A stretch of DNA of 64,000 nucleotides from an uncultured Actinomycetota bacterium (GTDB taxonomy: Bacteria > Actinomycetota > Actinomycetes > JAHEKZ01). The DNA is taken from contig CAVQYR010000001.1 of NCBI GenBank assembly GCA_963718235.1, positions 992,001 through 1,056,000 on the forward strand. The letters are read 5' to 3'. A program made the position numbers and the translations under genes. Below, one piece after another: positions 54,705 to 64,000 of the stretch; the stretch's first letter is position 1, and every line of letters starts with the position of its first letter. The notes under the pieces are model-generated. The model had not been told where the DNA came from. It did no database searches and saw only the letters and a list, made by a program, of their open reading frames with translations.

Positions 54705-54740
54705 GCGGCGAACCTACCGCCCCCGCGCGCGGAGACCCGA

Positions 54741-55232
54741 CTACGTGTCGAGCCCGAGGTCCCTGCGCAGCTTGGCCACGTGACCGGTGGCCTTGACGTT
54801 GTACTGCGCGACCTCGACGGTCGCCTTGCCTTTGGCGTCGACCGAGACGACGAACGTCGACCGGATCACGCCGGTGACCTTCTTGCCGTACATCATCTTC
54901 TCGCCGAAGGCGGCGTACGCCTGCATCACGGCCCGGTCGGGGTCGGACAGCAGCGGGAACGTCAGGCCGTCCTTGTCGCGGAACTTCGCGAGCTTGGCCG
55001 GCTGGTCGGGCGAGATGCCGAGCACGACGTAGCCGGCACCCTGCAGCGAGGCAAGGTTGTCGCGGAAGTCGCAGGCCTGCGTGGTGCAGCCCGGGGTCAT
55101 CGCAGCCGGGTAGAAGTAGACGATGACGCGGCGGCCCGTGAAGTCGCTCAGGCTGACCGACTGCTCGTGGTCGTCGAGCAGGGTGAACGCCGGGGCCGTC
55201 TCGCCAGCGGTCAACCGGTGGGCTTCGCTCAC
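54741..55232 (-). CDS. bcp: Thioredoxin-dependent thiol peroxidase (BCP)
   Basis: YFYPAAMTPGCTTQACDFRD and RSTFVV motifs; GTGA overlap with the permease. Confidence 0.95.
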   Translation of the reverse strand: MSEAHRLTAGETAPAFTLLDDHEQSVSLSDFTGRRVIVYFYPAAMTPGCTTQACDFRDNLASLQGAGYVVLGISPDQPAKLAKFRDKDGLTFPLLSDPDRAVMQAYAAFGEKMMYGKKVTGVIRSTFVVSVDAKGKATVEVAQYNVKATGHVAKLRRDLGLDT

Positions 55233-56149
55233 ACTTGCTCCTTGGTCGAGGTGGGGTGCAACGTCACGGTCGGGCCGGCCGGAAGGGCCAGCTCGTCGTG
55301 GTCGTCCAAGCCTGCCGTACGCCGCAGCCCCCGAAGGCCCGTGACCATCAGCACGATCACGAACAGCGTGGCACTGGTGAGCACGATCATCGTGCCCGAC
55401 GGGACGGCGGCGTAGTAGCTGGCATACATGCCGACGAACCCGCTGATCGCGCCGATCACCGTCGACAGCACGAGCATCCGGGCGAACCGCTGGGTCAGCA
55501 TGCGGGCCACCACGGCCGGGATCACGAGCATGGCAGCCACGAGGGTGACACCGATCACGGTCAGGGTGGCGAGGATGGCCAAGGAGAGCACGAGCATCAG
55601 CAGGGCGTCGATTCGGGCCACGTTCACGCCCGACGCCTGAGCCACCTCGGGGTCGAAGGTGGTGAAGAGCAGCTGCCGGTAGCGGAAGAAGACGATGACC
55701 CCGGTGAGGACGGCGATCCCCGACAGGCCGATGATCTGCCCCGGCGAGATGCCGAGGATCGAGCCGAAGATCGCCGCGTCGAAGGACGGGCCGGTGCCGT
55801 TGAAGCGCACAAGCAACGCCACACCGAGAGCGAACGACGCAGTCGTGATCACCCCGATTGCTGCGTCGGCGCCGATCCGGTACTTGCGGGTGACCCAGCT
55901 GATCCCCAGCGCCGAGGCGAGACCCCACACCCCGGCCCCGAGAAAGACGAATGACGCGTTGAACAGCTGGGCAGCGGCGAACCCGCCGAAGATGGCGTGC
56001 GACAGCCCATGGCCGATGTAGCTCATGCCGCGCAGGGTGATGTACACCCCGATGAACCCGAGCAGCCCACCGGACAAGGTTGCGACGATCAGACCCTTGA
56101 CGAAGAACTCGTAGCTCAAGGGGTCGACCAGCTGCTCCCAGAGGTTCAT
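55229..56149 (-). CDS. Metal (Zn/Mn) ABC transporter permease
   Basis: RGMSYIGHGLSHAIFGG, IFGSILG and FDPEVAQASG motifs. Confidence 0.92.
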   Translation of the reverse strand: MNLWEQLVDPLSYEFFVKGLIVATLSGGLLGFIGVYITLRGMSYIGHGLSHAIFGGFAAAQLFNASFVFLGAGVWGLASALGISWVTRKYRIGADAAIGVITTASFALGVALLVRFNGTGPSFDAAIFGSILGISPGQIIGLSGIAVLTGVIVFFRYRQLLFTTFDPEVAQASGVNVARIDALLMLVLSLAILATLTVIGVTLVAAMLVIPAVVARMLTQRFARMLVLSTVIGAISGFVGMYASYYAAVPSGTMIVLTSATLFVIVLMVTGLRGLRRTAGLDDHDELALPAGPTVTLHPTSTKEQV

Positions 56150-56156
56150 CGTCGGG

Positions 56157-56939
56157 TCACGACACCTGCCGCGCCGCGGCAGCCTCGTAGTCGTCGACCA
56201 CGACCGGCATGCCCAGGTGCTGCAGGACATCCATCCGAGCGCCGAACGTGTGCTCCAGGACCTGTGGCGTGATGACCTCGACGGGAGTTCCCTCGGCCAC
56301 GATGCGACGGTTCACGCAGACGAGGTGCGGGAGATGGGCGGCCATGCCGTTGAGGTCGTGGGTGGTCAGCACGATCGACAGTCCGTCCTCGTGCAGCTCC
56401 TGCAACAGGTGCAGCAGGTCGTGTCGGGTGCTGACGTCGACGCCGGACGTCGGCTCGTCGAGCACGAGCAGGGCCGGCTCACGCAGCAGTGCCCTGGCGA
56501 TGAACATCCGTTGCTGCTGCCCCCCGCTCAGCTCACGGATGTGACGCCCACTGAGGTCGTGGAGTCCGAGCCGGTCGAGCATGGCGTCGACCATGGTCTT
56601 CTCGGCCCGACTGGCCCAGGGCAGGAGGCGGTGCTCGGTGCGCGACATGAGCACGCACTCGCTGACCGAGACGGGAAAGTTCCAGTTCACCGTCTCCAGC
56701 TGCGGGACGTAGGCCACGCGAGTTCCGGGCGTGCGGGTGACCGTGCCGCGACTGGGCTGCACCGAGCCGAGCAGCGCGCGCAGGAGCGTGGTCTTTCCGG
56801 CGCCCGAGGGCCCGACGATCCCGGTGATCTGGTCGCTGTGGACGTGGAAGTCGACGTCGACCAGCACGGGGCGGCTGTCGTAGGCCACGGTCACGCCGTC
56901 CAGGGACAGCAGCAGCGGCCCGACGCCGGTTCTCGTCAC
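56157..56939 (-). CDS. Metal ABC transporter ATP-binding protein
   Basis: GPSGAGKTT, YVPQ, ELSGGQQQR, LDEPTSGVD and THDL motifs. Confidence 0.94.
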   Translation of the reverse strand: MTRTGVGPLLLSLDGVTVAYDSRPVLVDVDFHVHSDQITGIVGPSGAGKTTLLRALLGSVQPSRGTVTRTPGTRVAYVPQLETVNWNFPVSVSECVLMSRTEHRLLPWASRAEKTMVDAMLDRLGLHDLSGRHIRELSGGQQQRMFIARALLREPALLVLDEPTSGVDVSTRHDLLHLLQELHEDGLSIVLTTHDLNGMAAHLPHLVCVNRRIVAEGTPVEVITPQVLEHTFGARMDVLQHLGMPVVVDDYEAAAARQVS

Positions 56940-57952
56940 TGGGGGTAGACCGCCTCGTCCGGGGCAACGTTCTCGACCGTCACGGCCTTGAGCTCGTCGG
57001 CGGTTCCGCCGAGCCCCTCAATCATGGTGATGTAGTCGTACTGCATCAACCCGAGCCAGGAGTGGTCGGCCTCACCCGGTGCACCCGGGAGGTCGTCGTC
57101 GCGCAGGGTGTCCTCGTAGCGGGCTCCGGTGGCCCGGCCGATCTCCTCGAGCACGGCAGAAGGGAAGACCTCCGAGCCGAAGATCGTGGGCACGTTCTCG
57201 GCCTTGACCTGGTCGATCAGGCGGGCGACCTCCTGGGGGGTCGGGTCCTCGAAGTTCTTGGGCTGGACCGCCCCGACGACCTCCCAGCCGAACGTCTTGG
57301 CGAAGTAGGCGTAGGCGTCGTGGTAGGTGAGCAGGCGGAGGTTGCCGTCGGGGACGGTCTTCTGGTCCGCACGAAGGGCGCTGGCCAGCTCGTCGGTCTT
57401 GGCGATGAAGGCCTCTTCGTTGGCCCGGTAGTAGTCGGCGTTGTCGGGGTCGCGCTCGGCCAGGGTGTCGGCGATCACGGTGGCGTACTTGGCTGCGTAC
57501 GTGGGGTCGGTCCACAGGTGGGGGTTCGGCTTGCCGTCCTCCTCCGGGAACGAGAAGTCATAGATCCACTCGTCCTCGGGCAGCACCTCGTCGCCGATGT
57601 CGACGATCTCGGCGCCGTCCTTCATGTTCGCCTCGGCGAGGTCCTTGGTGGGCTCCTCGAGCTGTAGTCCGTTGACGAAGATGACGTCAGCGGTGCTGAG
57701 CAGCTCGGCGACCTGCGGGGCTGGCTCGAACGTGTGTGAGTTGGTGCCCTCGGGGACGATGCCCTCGACGTTCACCTTGTCGCCGCCGATGTTGGCGGCG
57801 ATCGAGGTGATCGGGGCCACGGTGGTGGCGACGAGCAGCTGGCCGTCGTCCGCGGCGGGGTTCGAGGAGTCCGACGAGCAGGCGGTCAGGGACAGCGCGG
57901 CAGCGGCGCCTACGGCAAGGGCAGCGTGAGGGAACCAGCGGTGAGGGGGCAT
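56936..57952 (-). CDS. Metal ABC transporter substrate-binding lipoprotein (ZnuA/TroA cluster A-I)
   Basis: Lipobox LTAC, NSHTFEP, NPHLWTDP and YHDAYAYF motifs. Confidence 0.93.
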   Translation of the reverse strand: MPPHRWFPHAALAVGAAAALSLTACSSDSSNPAADDGQLLVATTVAPITSIAANIGGDKVNVEGIVPEGTNSHTFEPAPQVAELLSTADVIFVNGLQLEEPTKDLAEANMKDGAEIVDIGDEVLPEDEWIYDFSFPEEDGKPNPHLWTDPTYAAKYATVIADTLAERDPDNADYYRANEEAFIAKTDELASALRADQKTVPDGNLRLLTYHDAYAYFAKTFGWEVVGAVQPKNFEDPTPQEVARLIDQVKAENVPTIFGSEVFPSAVLEEIGRATGARYEDTLRDDDLPGAPGEADHSWLGLMQYDYITMIEGLGGTADELKAVTVENVAPDEAVYPQ

Positions 57953-57981
57953 GTCGCGACGGTAACGCGAGAGCGACGCTC

Positions 57982-57998
57982 TTGCAATTCACTTGCAA
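57982..57998. promoter_or_regulatory. Putative Zur/Fur-family 7-1-7 box
   Basis: T-TGCAATT-C-ACTTGCA-A; AT-rich, covers the -35 region (minus-strand -10 TACCGT at 57959-57964). Confidence 0.6.
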
Positions 57999-58044
57999 TT
58001 GGATCGGGGTCGGTACGGTAGGGGAGACCCACAGGAGGACCCGC

Positions 58045-58329
58045 GTGAGCAACAGCGACACCCAGCCGACTCCCTCGCCGACCCCGGCGCCACCCCCTCG
58101 CACTGCCGAGCAGATCCAGTCCGACATCGAGTCCGCCCAGAAGCAGCTCGCGGCCACCGTCGACGAGCTGTCCGAGCGGCTCAGCCCTCAGGCCCTGGCC
58201 GAGGACGCGACCGGCGTCGTCAAGGGCTGGTTCGTGCACCCGGACGGGAGCGTCAAGGGCAAGCCGATCGCCATCATCGGTGGCACGCTCGCCGGGCTGA
58301 TCGTGCTGCGCCAGCTGTTCCACGACTGA
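58045..58329 (+). CDS. DUF3618 domain protein
   Basis: RTAEQIQSDIESAQKQLAATVDELSERLSP plus C-terminal TM helix; AGGAGG SD. Confidence 0.85.
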   Translation: MSNSDTQPTPSPTPAPPPRTAEQIQSDIESAQKQLAATVDELSERLSPQALAEDATGVVKGWFVHPDGSVKGKPIAIIGGTLAGLIVLRQLFHD

Positions 58330-58670
58330 TGGCCGACGGCGCACGGACCGTCCCCGAGGCGCTGCCGATCAAGATGCTGCACGACCGGGTGCTCGTCGAG
58401 ATCGAGGGCGCCGACGGCGAGCGCACGTCGACCGGGGGGATCCTGATCCCCGCCACCGCACAGGTGGGCAAGCGGCTGGTGTGGGCGCGTGCGGTCGGTA
58501 TCGGCCCCCACGTGCGCAGCATCGAGGTGGGCGACCGGGTCCTGTTCGAGCCCGAGGACCGCGCGGAGGTCGAGCTGCACGGCGCGAGCTACGTGCTCAT
58601 GCGTGAGCGCGACGTCCACGCGGTGGCATCGACCCGGGTCGAGCAGGAATCGTCCGGCCTGTACCTGTGA
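58329..58670 (+). CDS. GroES-family co-chaperonin paralog (no adjacent groEL)
   Basis: LPIKMLHDRVLV..GGILIPATA..VGDRVLF..LMRERDVHAV. Confidence 0.85.
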   Translation: MADGARTVPEALPIKMLHDRVLVEIEGADGERTSTGGILIPATAQVGKRLVWARAVGIGPHVRSIEVGDRVLFEPEDRAEVELHGASYVLMRERDVHAVASTRVEQESSGLYL

Positions 58671-58677
58671 CCCCACG

Positions 58678-60342
58678 ATGACCTCCCCGACCAGCCCCCC
58701 GACCAGACCCGACCTCGTCCTGCTCGGCGGAACGGTCTTCACCGCGGACCGCAACGGGACGACGGCCGAGGCGGTTGCGGTGTCGGGCAACCGGATCGTC
58801 GGCGTCGGGTCCGGGCACGACATGACCGCACAGCTGCCCGATGCGACCACGGTCGACCTCGAAGGTCGCACCGTCCTCCCGGGCCTGATCGACGCGCACA
58901 ACCACTTCCTCGCCACGGGCGAGATGCTCGCGTGCCTGGACGTTCGCTACCCCGGCGTGGCGAGCGTGGAGGAGCTGGTTCGCGCGCTTGCCGACGAGGC
59001 GGCGCGAACGCCGCCCGGCACGTGGGTGGTTGCGACCGGCTTCGACCACGCCAAGTACGAGCGGGAGCCGACCCGGTGGGACCTCGACGACGCCACAACG
59101 GAGCACCCCGTCTTCGTGCTGCACGTGTCCGGGCACCAGGGGATCGCCAACAGTGCCGCGCTGGCGGCACGGGGGATTTCCGACGCGACGCCGGATCCTG
59201 CCGGCGGACACCTGGTGAGGGACGAGCACGGTCGACCGACTGGCCTGTGCGTGGAGACCGCGCTCGGCCTGCTCCAGCCGGTCGAGCTGGAGATCGGTCA
59301 CCACGGCCCCAACTTCCATGCGAGTCGGCCCCTGACGGAGCTCGTCGACGCGGTCGACCGCGCGGGTCGGGCGTTCGTGGCGGTCGGGCTCACCACCGTG
59401 TGCGACGCGCAGGTGACCCGGCGCGAGCTGGTTGCCTACCAGGAGGCGCGTCGCCTGGGTCGACTCGCACGTGCGCACGGTGTGCATGCCGTTGTCGCAC
59501 CAGCTGGCCGAGCTCGAGGCGGTCGGGCTGCGCAGCGGCTTCGGTGACGACCACCTTCGGCTGGGCGCGGTGAAGTTCTACGCCGACGGGTCGCTCATCG
59601 GGGGGACGGCGGCGTTCAGCGAGCCGTTCGGCCGGGCGGGTGAGTTCGTGGGTTCGATGTACTGGGAGCCCGACGCATTCACCGACGCGGTCGTCCGCGC
59701 GCACCGCGCGGGATGGCAGGTCGGGGTCCACGCCCAGGGCGACCGAGCCATCGAGCTGGCGCTGGACTCCTTCGCGGCGGCGTTGGCCGACCGACCTGAC
59801 GCCGACCCCCGCTTCCGGATCGAGCACGCGGGCTACCCCACCGCCGAGCAGGTCGTTCGGATGGCCGACGCTCGGGGTGATCACGGTCAACCAGCCGAGC
59901 TACCTGGTCGACAGCGGCGACGAGTTCGTCGTCCGGCTGGGTCCGCGGGCGCAACGGTTGCAGCCGCTGCGTGACGAGCTGGACGCCGGCGTGCGGATCG
60001 TGCTCAGCAGCGACTCCGACGTCGCGTCCTACCGACCCATGGACACGATCTCAGCAGCAGTGCGGCGTCGGACGGCGTCCGGGAGCTCGATCGGCGCAGG
60101 ACCAGGCCCTCACGATCGAGGAGGCGCTCCTCGCGCACACGATCGAGGCCGCGGTCGCCCTGGGTCTGGAGGATCGGATCGGGTCGATCGAGCCGGGCAA
60201 GCTGGCCGACCTCACGGTGCTCGACGGCGACCTGTTCACGACGGCGGACGACGCGCTGGCCGAGCTGCCCACCTGGATGACAGTCCTCGACGGCGTGGTC
60301 GTGCACGGCGCCCAGCCGCAGGGCACCCTCGAAACCCAGTAG
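58678..60342 (+). CDS. Amidohydrolase_3 (YtcJ-like); three apparent frameshifts near 59465, 59868 and 60097, pseudogene not excluded
   Basis: DLEGRTVLPGLIDAHNH, VKFYADGSL, VHAQGDRA, RIEHA, SSDSDV and GSIEPGKLADLTVL across four ORFs. Confidence 0.8.
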
Positions 60343-60374
60343 GCGCCGACCCGCCGTTGCGGCACCCTGGACCG

Positions 60375-61016
60375 GTGTCCGCGCTCTCCGTCGCCCCGGC
60401 TCTGACCGGGTTCGTGCTGGGCGTCGCAGTGGCCGCACCGCTGGGCCCGGTCGGGCTGTTGTCCGTGCGTACGTCGATGCGGTTCGGCTTCGGAGCCGGC
60501 GCGGCGATCGGTTGGGGTGCAGCAACCATCGACACCGTCTATGCCGCACTGGGGCTGCTCGGTGCCGGTGCCGTGCTGCGGATCGATTCCGCCCGGCTGG
60601 CCTTCGGGCTCGTGGGAGCCGCCGTCCTGGTCTGGTTCGGGGTGCGCACCCTGCACAGCGCCTCGCGCGTGCGCACCGGGGGAGAGGCCGACGTCGAGGT
60701 GTCGTCGAGGGCGGCGGGGTTTCGCAGTGGGCTGGTGGCGACGGCGTCGAACCCGCTGACGATCCTGACCTGGGCGGCGCTGCTCGGGGCCGCAGTGGCT
60801 GTCACCGACGGCGGTGGCCTGCCGTCCGTTGCCCTGTTGCTGGCAGGGGTGTTCCTGGGCAGTGCCGCCTGGTTCACCGGGCTCACCTGGGCCGCGTCGC
60901 ACGCCGGACGACGGATGTCCGACCGCGCGCTGGTCGTCGTCGACGTCGTCGCCGGGCTGGGGCTGCTCTTGTTCGGTGCCGCCCTGGGTGTGCGCACGGT
61001 GCGCGACAGCACCTGA
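60375..61016 (+). CDS. LysE family translocator
   Basis: GFVLGVAVAAPLGPVG..GAATID..ATASNPLTILTW. Confidence 0.88.
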   Translation: MSALSVAPALTGFVLGVAVAAPLGPVGLLSVRTSMRFGFGAGAAIGWGAATIDTVYAALGLLGAGAVLRIDSARLAFGLVGAAVLVWFGVRTLHSASRVRTGGEADVEVSSRAAGFRSGLVATASNPLTILTWAALLGAAVAVTDGGGLPSVALLLAGVFLGSAAWFTGLTWAASHAGRRMSDRALVVVDVVAGLGLLLFGAALGVRTVRDST

Positions 61017-61046
61017 CCCGACACTCCCGGACCGGCAGGTGCGGGA

Positions 61047-62033
61047 TCAGGGCTGGGCGACTCGGGCGGAGTCCGGATCGACCATGAGCGAACGCGTGTC
61101 GACCGCCACGAAGGCCCGGGCCGGCACCGACTTCAGCTCGTCGAGCAGTCCGGACGGCCACTTGCTGCTCGCATCGCCCTGGAAGTACCACGGTGAGCCG
61201 TTGTCGGCGAGGACGAGCCCGTAGGTCTGCATCGCGCGCAGGACCACCCGGGTGTCGGCGCGGTAGCCACTGAGGTCGAAGCCGGCCTTGAGCCGGAACC
61301 GGGCACCCATGGGCGGGTAGTTCCGGTTGCTCACGCTGCCGGCCTGGTGCCGGGCGGGCCAGACGAAACGACGGTCGGTGACGTCAGTGGTGAACCGGAT
61401 GGCGTGGTCGACGGTGCCGTGCGATACCTCCGACCAGGTCAGGAGCCCCGGCAGGATCGGGAGTCCCGCCGCGTCGGCCGACGTCCACCCGATGCGGCGC
61501 AGCCGGTTCGAGGTCAGGTCCCACACGGCGCCGGAGCCGGCGTGCCACACCCCGTTGCGGCGCTTGGTGTTCCAGGTCTCGTAGAGCCGACAGGTCGAGC
61601 GGTCGACCACGATGGCATGGCGATCCCCGCCGGCCCTCCAACCGCCCTCGATCTTGGTGTCGTTGCCGAGGGGGTAGCGCACCCGGTCGCTCTCGGAGGC
61701 GTAGCCGAAGCGCACCTTCACCTTCGGGTGCGCAGCGCCGACGACGGTGACCGGGATGCCGTAGGGCACGGGCTGCTCGCCGTAGCTGGGCCCGAAGTCC
61801 GGGTGCAGCCGGCTGCTGGGGGACATGTGCCGCAGCCAGTCGGCACTGCGGGCATGAACCGGCAGCGCGCTGATGTCGGCGTGCCAGTAGTTGTCCGACG
61901 GGAACGTCGGGCAGCCGGCGACCGACCGCTTTTCTGGACCGGCCGCGACCGGGGCGGCCAAGGGCAGTGCGACCAAGGACGTCGCCAGGGCGCAGAGGGG
62001 CACGGCAAGGAGCCAGCGCGGTCGCCTGGTCAT
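61047..62033 (-). CDS. Secreted conserved hypothetical protein
   Basis: Signal peptide; FPSDNYWHADIS, GDRHAIVVD..C.LYE, SADAAGLPILPGL, HAIRF, PMGARFRL and YGLVLADNGS motifs. Confidence 0.8.
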   Translation of the reverse strand: MTRRPRWLLAVPLCALATSLVALPLAAPVAAGPEKRSVAGCPTFPSDNYWHADISALPVHARSADWLRHMSPSSRLHPDFGPSYGEQPVPYGIPVTVVGAAHPKVKVRFGYASESDRVRYPLGNDTKIEGGWRAGGDRHAIVVDRSTCRLYETWNTKRRNGVWHAGSGAVWDLTSNRLRRIGWTSADAAGLPILPGLLTWSEVSHGTVDHAIRFTTDVTDRRFVWPARHQAGSVSNRNYPPMGARFRLKAGFDLSGYRADTRVVLRAMQTYGLVLADNGSPWYFQGDASSKWPSGLLDELKSVPARAFVAVDTRSLMVDPDSARVAQP

Positions 62034-62233
62034 GCTCCGGGCATCGACTGCTTCGCCGGGCCCGTTGATCGTCCGGGCGGGTGGGAGCGGGCGACGTCCT
62101 CGGCCAGGCACTCGGCGAGGTAGAACTCTCGCGACGGTGGCCCGTCGGGGTACAGGAGGTCGCAGAGCAAGGTGATCGGGACGCCGGCCTGGAGGTGCTC
62201 CCAGGCGCGCGCCACCTCGGGGAGGGGAATCAC
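62030..62233 (-). CDS. Small hypothetical protein
   Basis: AWEHLQAGVPITLLCDLLYPDGPPSREFY; ATGA overlap with the downstream gene; start uncertain. Confidence 0.55.
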   Translation of the reverse strand: MIPLPEVARAWEHLQAGVPITLLCDLLYPDGPPSREFYLAECLAEDVARSHPPGRSTGPAKQSMPGA

Positions 62234-62369
62234 ACTGATGTGATTCGGCAGCCGGCGCCGACACCTTGAGCCATCCCGCCAGATTTCTCCGCACGACTTC
62301 ACCGGGCACCCCGCGCCGTCGACACCTGCAGTGCGGCCCCGACTCGGGGCCTTGCGCCGGAGGGTGGTC

Positions 62370-63056
62370 ATGGCTCTGCTCGACTGGGTCTCGCTGGGAG
62401 CGGTGCTGTGCGCCGTCACCCTCGGCGTGCTGTGGTCGCGCAGGCGGGTCGACGAGCTCGGTCGACGGCGCCGGTTCCCCTGGGTCTCCGTGGGGCTGCT
62501 CGTGGTCCTCGCAGTCGGGCTCGCGGTGCCGGGGGTGCAGCGACGCAGTGAGGAGGCCACGCTGGCCAAGGTGGCGTCCCAGCTGGCCGGACGTCCGGTC
62601 GACGTCCGCTGCCAGACCCTGGGCCAGTCGTTCGTCGACCTGGGCTCGGAGCTGGGCTGGGTGCCGTGGCGCGCAGACGGCTCGCCCGAGTCCTGGACGC
62701 TCATCAAGCGCAACCAGTGCCGCGACCTCAGTGACTACCTGGGGTCGGACAAGAGCGCGCCGACGCCGAACCAGGTCGTCGCGGTCCACGTGCTCACCCA
62801 TGAGGCGATGCACCTGGCCGGCCACATCAACGAGGCCGAGGCCGAGTGCGCCGCCGTCCAGCGCGACGCCCTGACCGCGACCCTGCTCGGGGCAACTGCG
62901 GCCCACGCCCAGGCACTCGCCCGGCAGTACTGGACCACCGTCTACCCCCGGCTCGCTGGTGACTACCAGACCTCCGACTGCAAGGGCGGCGGGCGGCTCG
63001 ACGAGCACCTGCCGACTCCGCCGTGGCAGGTGGATTCTCCTGGATCGACCCCGTAG
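62370..63056 (+). CDS. Membrane-anchored HExxH zinc metallopeptidase-like protein
   Basis: Two N-terminal TM helices; HVLTHEAMHLAGHINEAEAEC; four Cys in the soluble domain. Confidence 0.7.
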   Translation: MALLDWVSLGAVLCAVTLGVLWSRRRVDELGRRRRFPWVSVGLLVVLAVGLAVPGVQRRSEEATLAKVASQLAGRPVDVRCQTLGQSFVDLGSELGWVPWRADGSPESWTLIKRNQCRDLSDYLGSDKSAPTPNQVVAVHVLTHEAMHLAGHINEAEAECAAVQRDALTATLLGATAAHAQALARQYWTTVYPRLAGDYQTSDCKGGGRLDEHLPTPPWQVDSPGSTP

Positions 63057-63104
63057 CGGCTGGTCCCGGCCTACTCTCGCAGGGATCGGTCGGGGGGTGA
63101 CGAC

Positions 63105-64000
63105 GTGTCACGACGACTACGCGGCACTGATGTGCGGCGCCACCCTCGCCTCCTCTGGGTCAGCCTGGCGGTGGGCGTCCTCGTGGCTCCGCTGGCTGTG
63201 GGATTGACGTCGTCGGCGGGGGCGGCGACCACCTACACCGTGTCGGGCGTGGTCTACCGAGATCTTGACAACGACGGGGTCCGCGACGCCGGCGAGCCGG
63301 GTGTCGCCGGAATCCGGGTTCACCGCAACTCGGGCGCCGGCACGCCGTCGACAACCACCGGCCCCGACGGCCGGTACAGCCTCAGTGGACTGACCACGAA
63401 GTCCTCTGGCTATCTCGCGGTCGAGACGGGGTGGTTCCGGTCGCAGTGCGCTCAGCTGGCCTGCGTCCCGGGGCCTGGGCCCGACAACGACTTCCAGACC
63501 GACAACCAGTTCATCCACTTCCCGCTGTCGAAGGTGACCCAGAACCTGACGGACCTGAATGTCGGGCTACTGCCGGACTGGCCAGGCAGCGCTTCATCGG
63601 CCCCCGCCCCGGTCGCCGGGAAGGTCCCTGCCAACCCTGTTGATGTCGCGGCCCGCCTGTCGTGGGTGACCAGCTCGTGCAGTGACGGCAAGTACTTCAT
63701 CTGTCGGGCGGGCGACACGTACACGGTCAGCATCCAGCTGCACAACCAGGGGACGACTGCCGTCACCGGACTCGAAGCAGTGCTCGCCCTGCCGGACGGC
63801 GACCGTCCGGCCACCGGCAGTGTCACGCGTGACCTGCTGCTCAATGCTCCGGCCACGTCCCCCGGGGTCTCGGACATGATGGCCGGCCCGATGGATGGTC
63901 AGTCACGCATCCCGATGTCGTTCACCGGGACCCTGGTGCCCGGTGGTCTGGTGCGTGTGACGGGCAAGCTGGTGGTGGGCGGCGCCACCGGCACTCCCGG
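63105..64000 (+). CDS. Secreted SdrD-B/Cna-B-like domain protein (partial, runs off the right edge)
   Basis: Manual translation: signal peptide, then VSGVVYRDLDNDGVRDAGEPGVAGIRV..TTTGPDGRYSLSGL; frame open to the window end. Confidence 0.78.
   Translation, partial: MSRRLRGTDVRRHPRLLWVSLAVGVLVAPLAVGLTSSAGAATTYTVSGVVYRDLDNDGVRDAGEPGVAGIRVHRNSGAGTPSTTTGPDGRYSLSGLTTKSSGYLAVETGWFRSQCAQLACVPGPGPDNDFQTDNQFIHFPLSKVTQNLTDLNVGLLPDWPGSASSAPAPVAGKVPANPVDVAARLSWVTSSCSDGKYFICRAGDTYTVSIQLHNQGTTAVTGLEAVLALPDGDRPATGSVTRDLLLNAPATSPGVSDMMAGPMDGQSRIPMSFTGTLVPGGLVRVTGKLVVGGATGTP

Overview
High-GC chromosomal DNA from an actinomycete, with about 65 genes and one tRNA-Leu(TAG). I saw no CRISPR array, rRNA, integrase or IS transposase. 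Main blocks: a PhoP/PhoR-like two-component pair and cspA (6.3-9.0 kb); a translationally coupled AmmeMemoRadiSam operon (amrS-amrB-amrA) extended by a cytochrome P450 (10.3-14.3 kb); pckG, arcA and trxA/DUF302; an amino-acid catabolism region (ABC importer, Lrp-mdeAB-like methionine genes, hppD/hmgA/fahA tyrosine genes, 24-40 kb); the actinobacterial pncAB-clpS-mec-cysO-cysM-murI-rph-rdgB-tRNA-Leu block; a DUF222-HNH gene behind PafBC and LexA motifs; and a metal ABC operon ending in bcp. Best candidates for new biology: (1) the AmmeMemoRadiSam plus P450 operon, (2) a CysO sulfur carrier with a repeat-encoded tail carrying eight Gly-Gly motifs, next to a JAMM protease, (3) an unknown enzyme at the position of the missing maleylacetoacetate isomerase, (4) a stand-alone PcrA-like Tudor microprotein. 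About seven small frameshifts in otherwise intact genes look like sequencing or assembly errors. All family calls come from motif recognition by eye; no database search was run.
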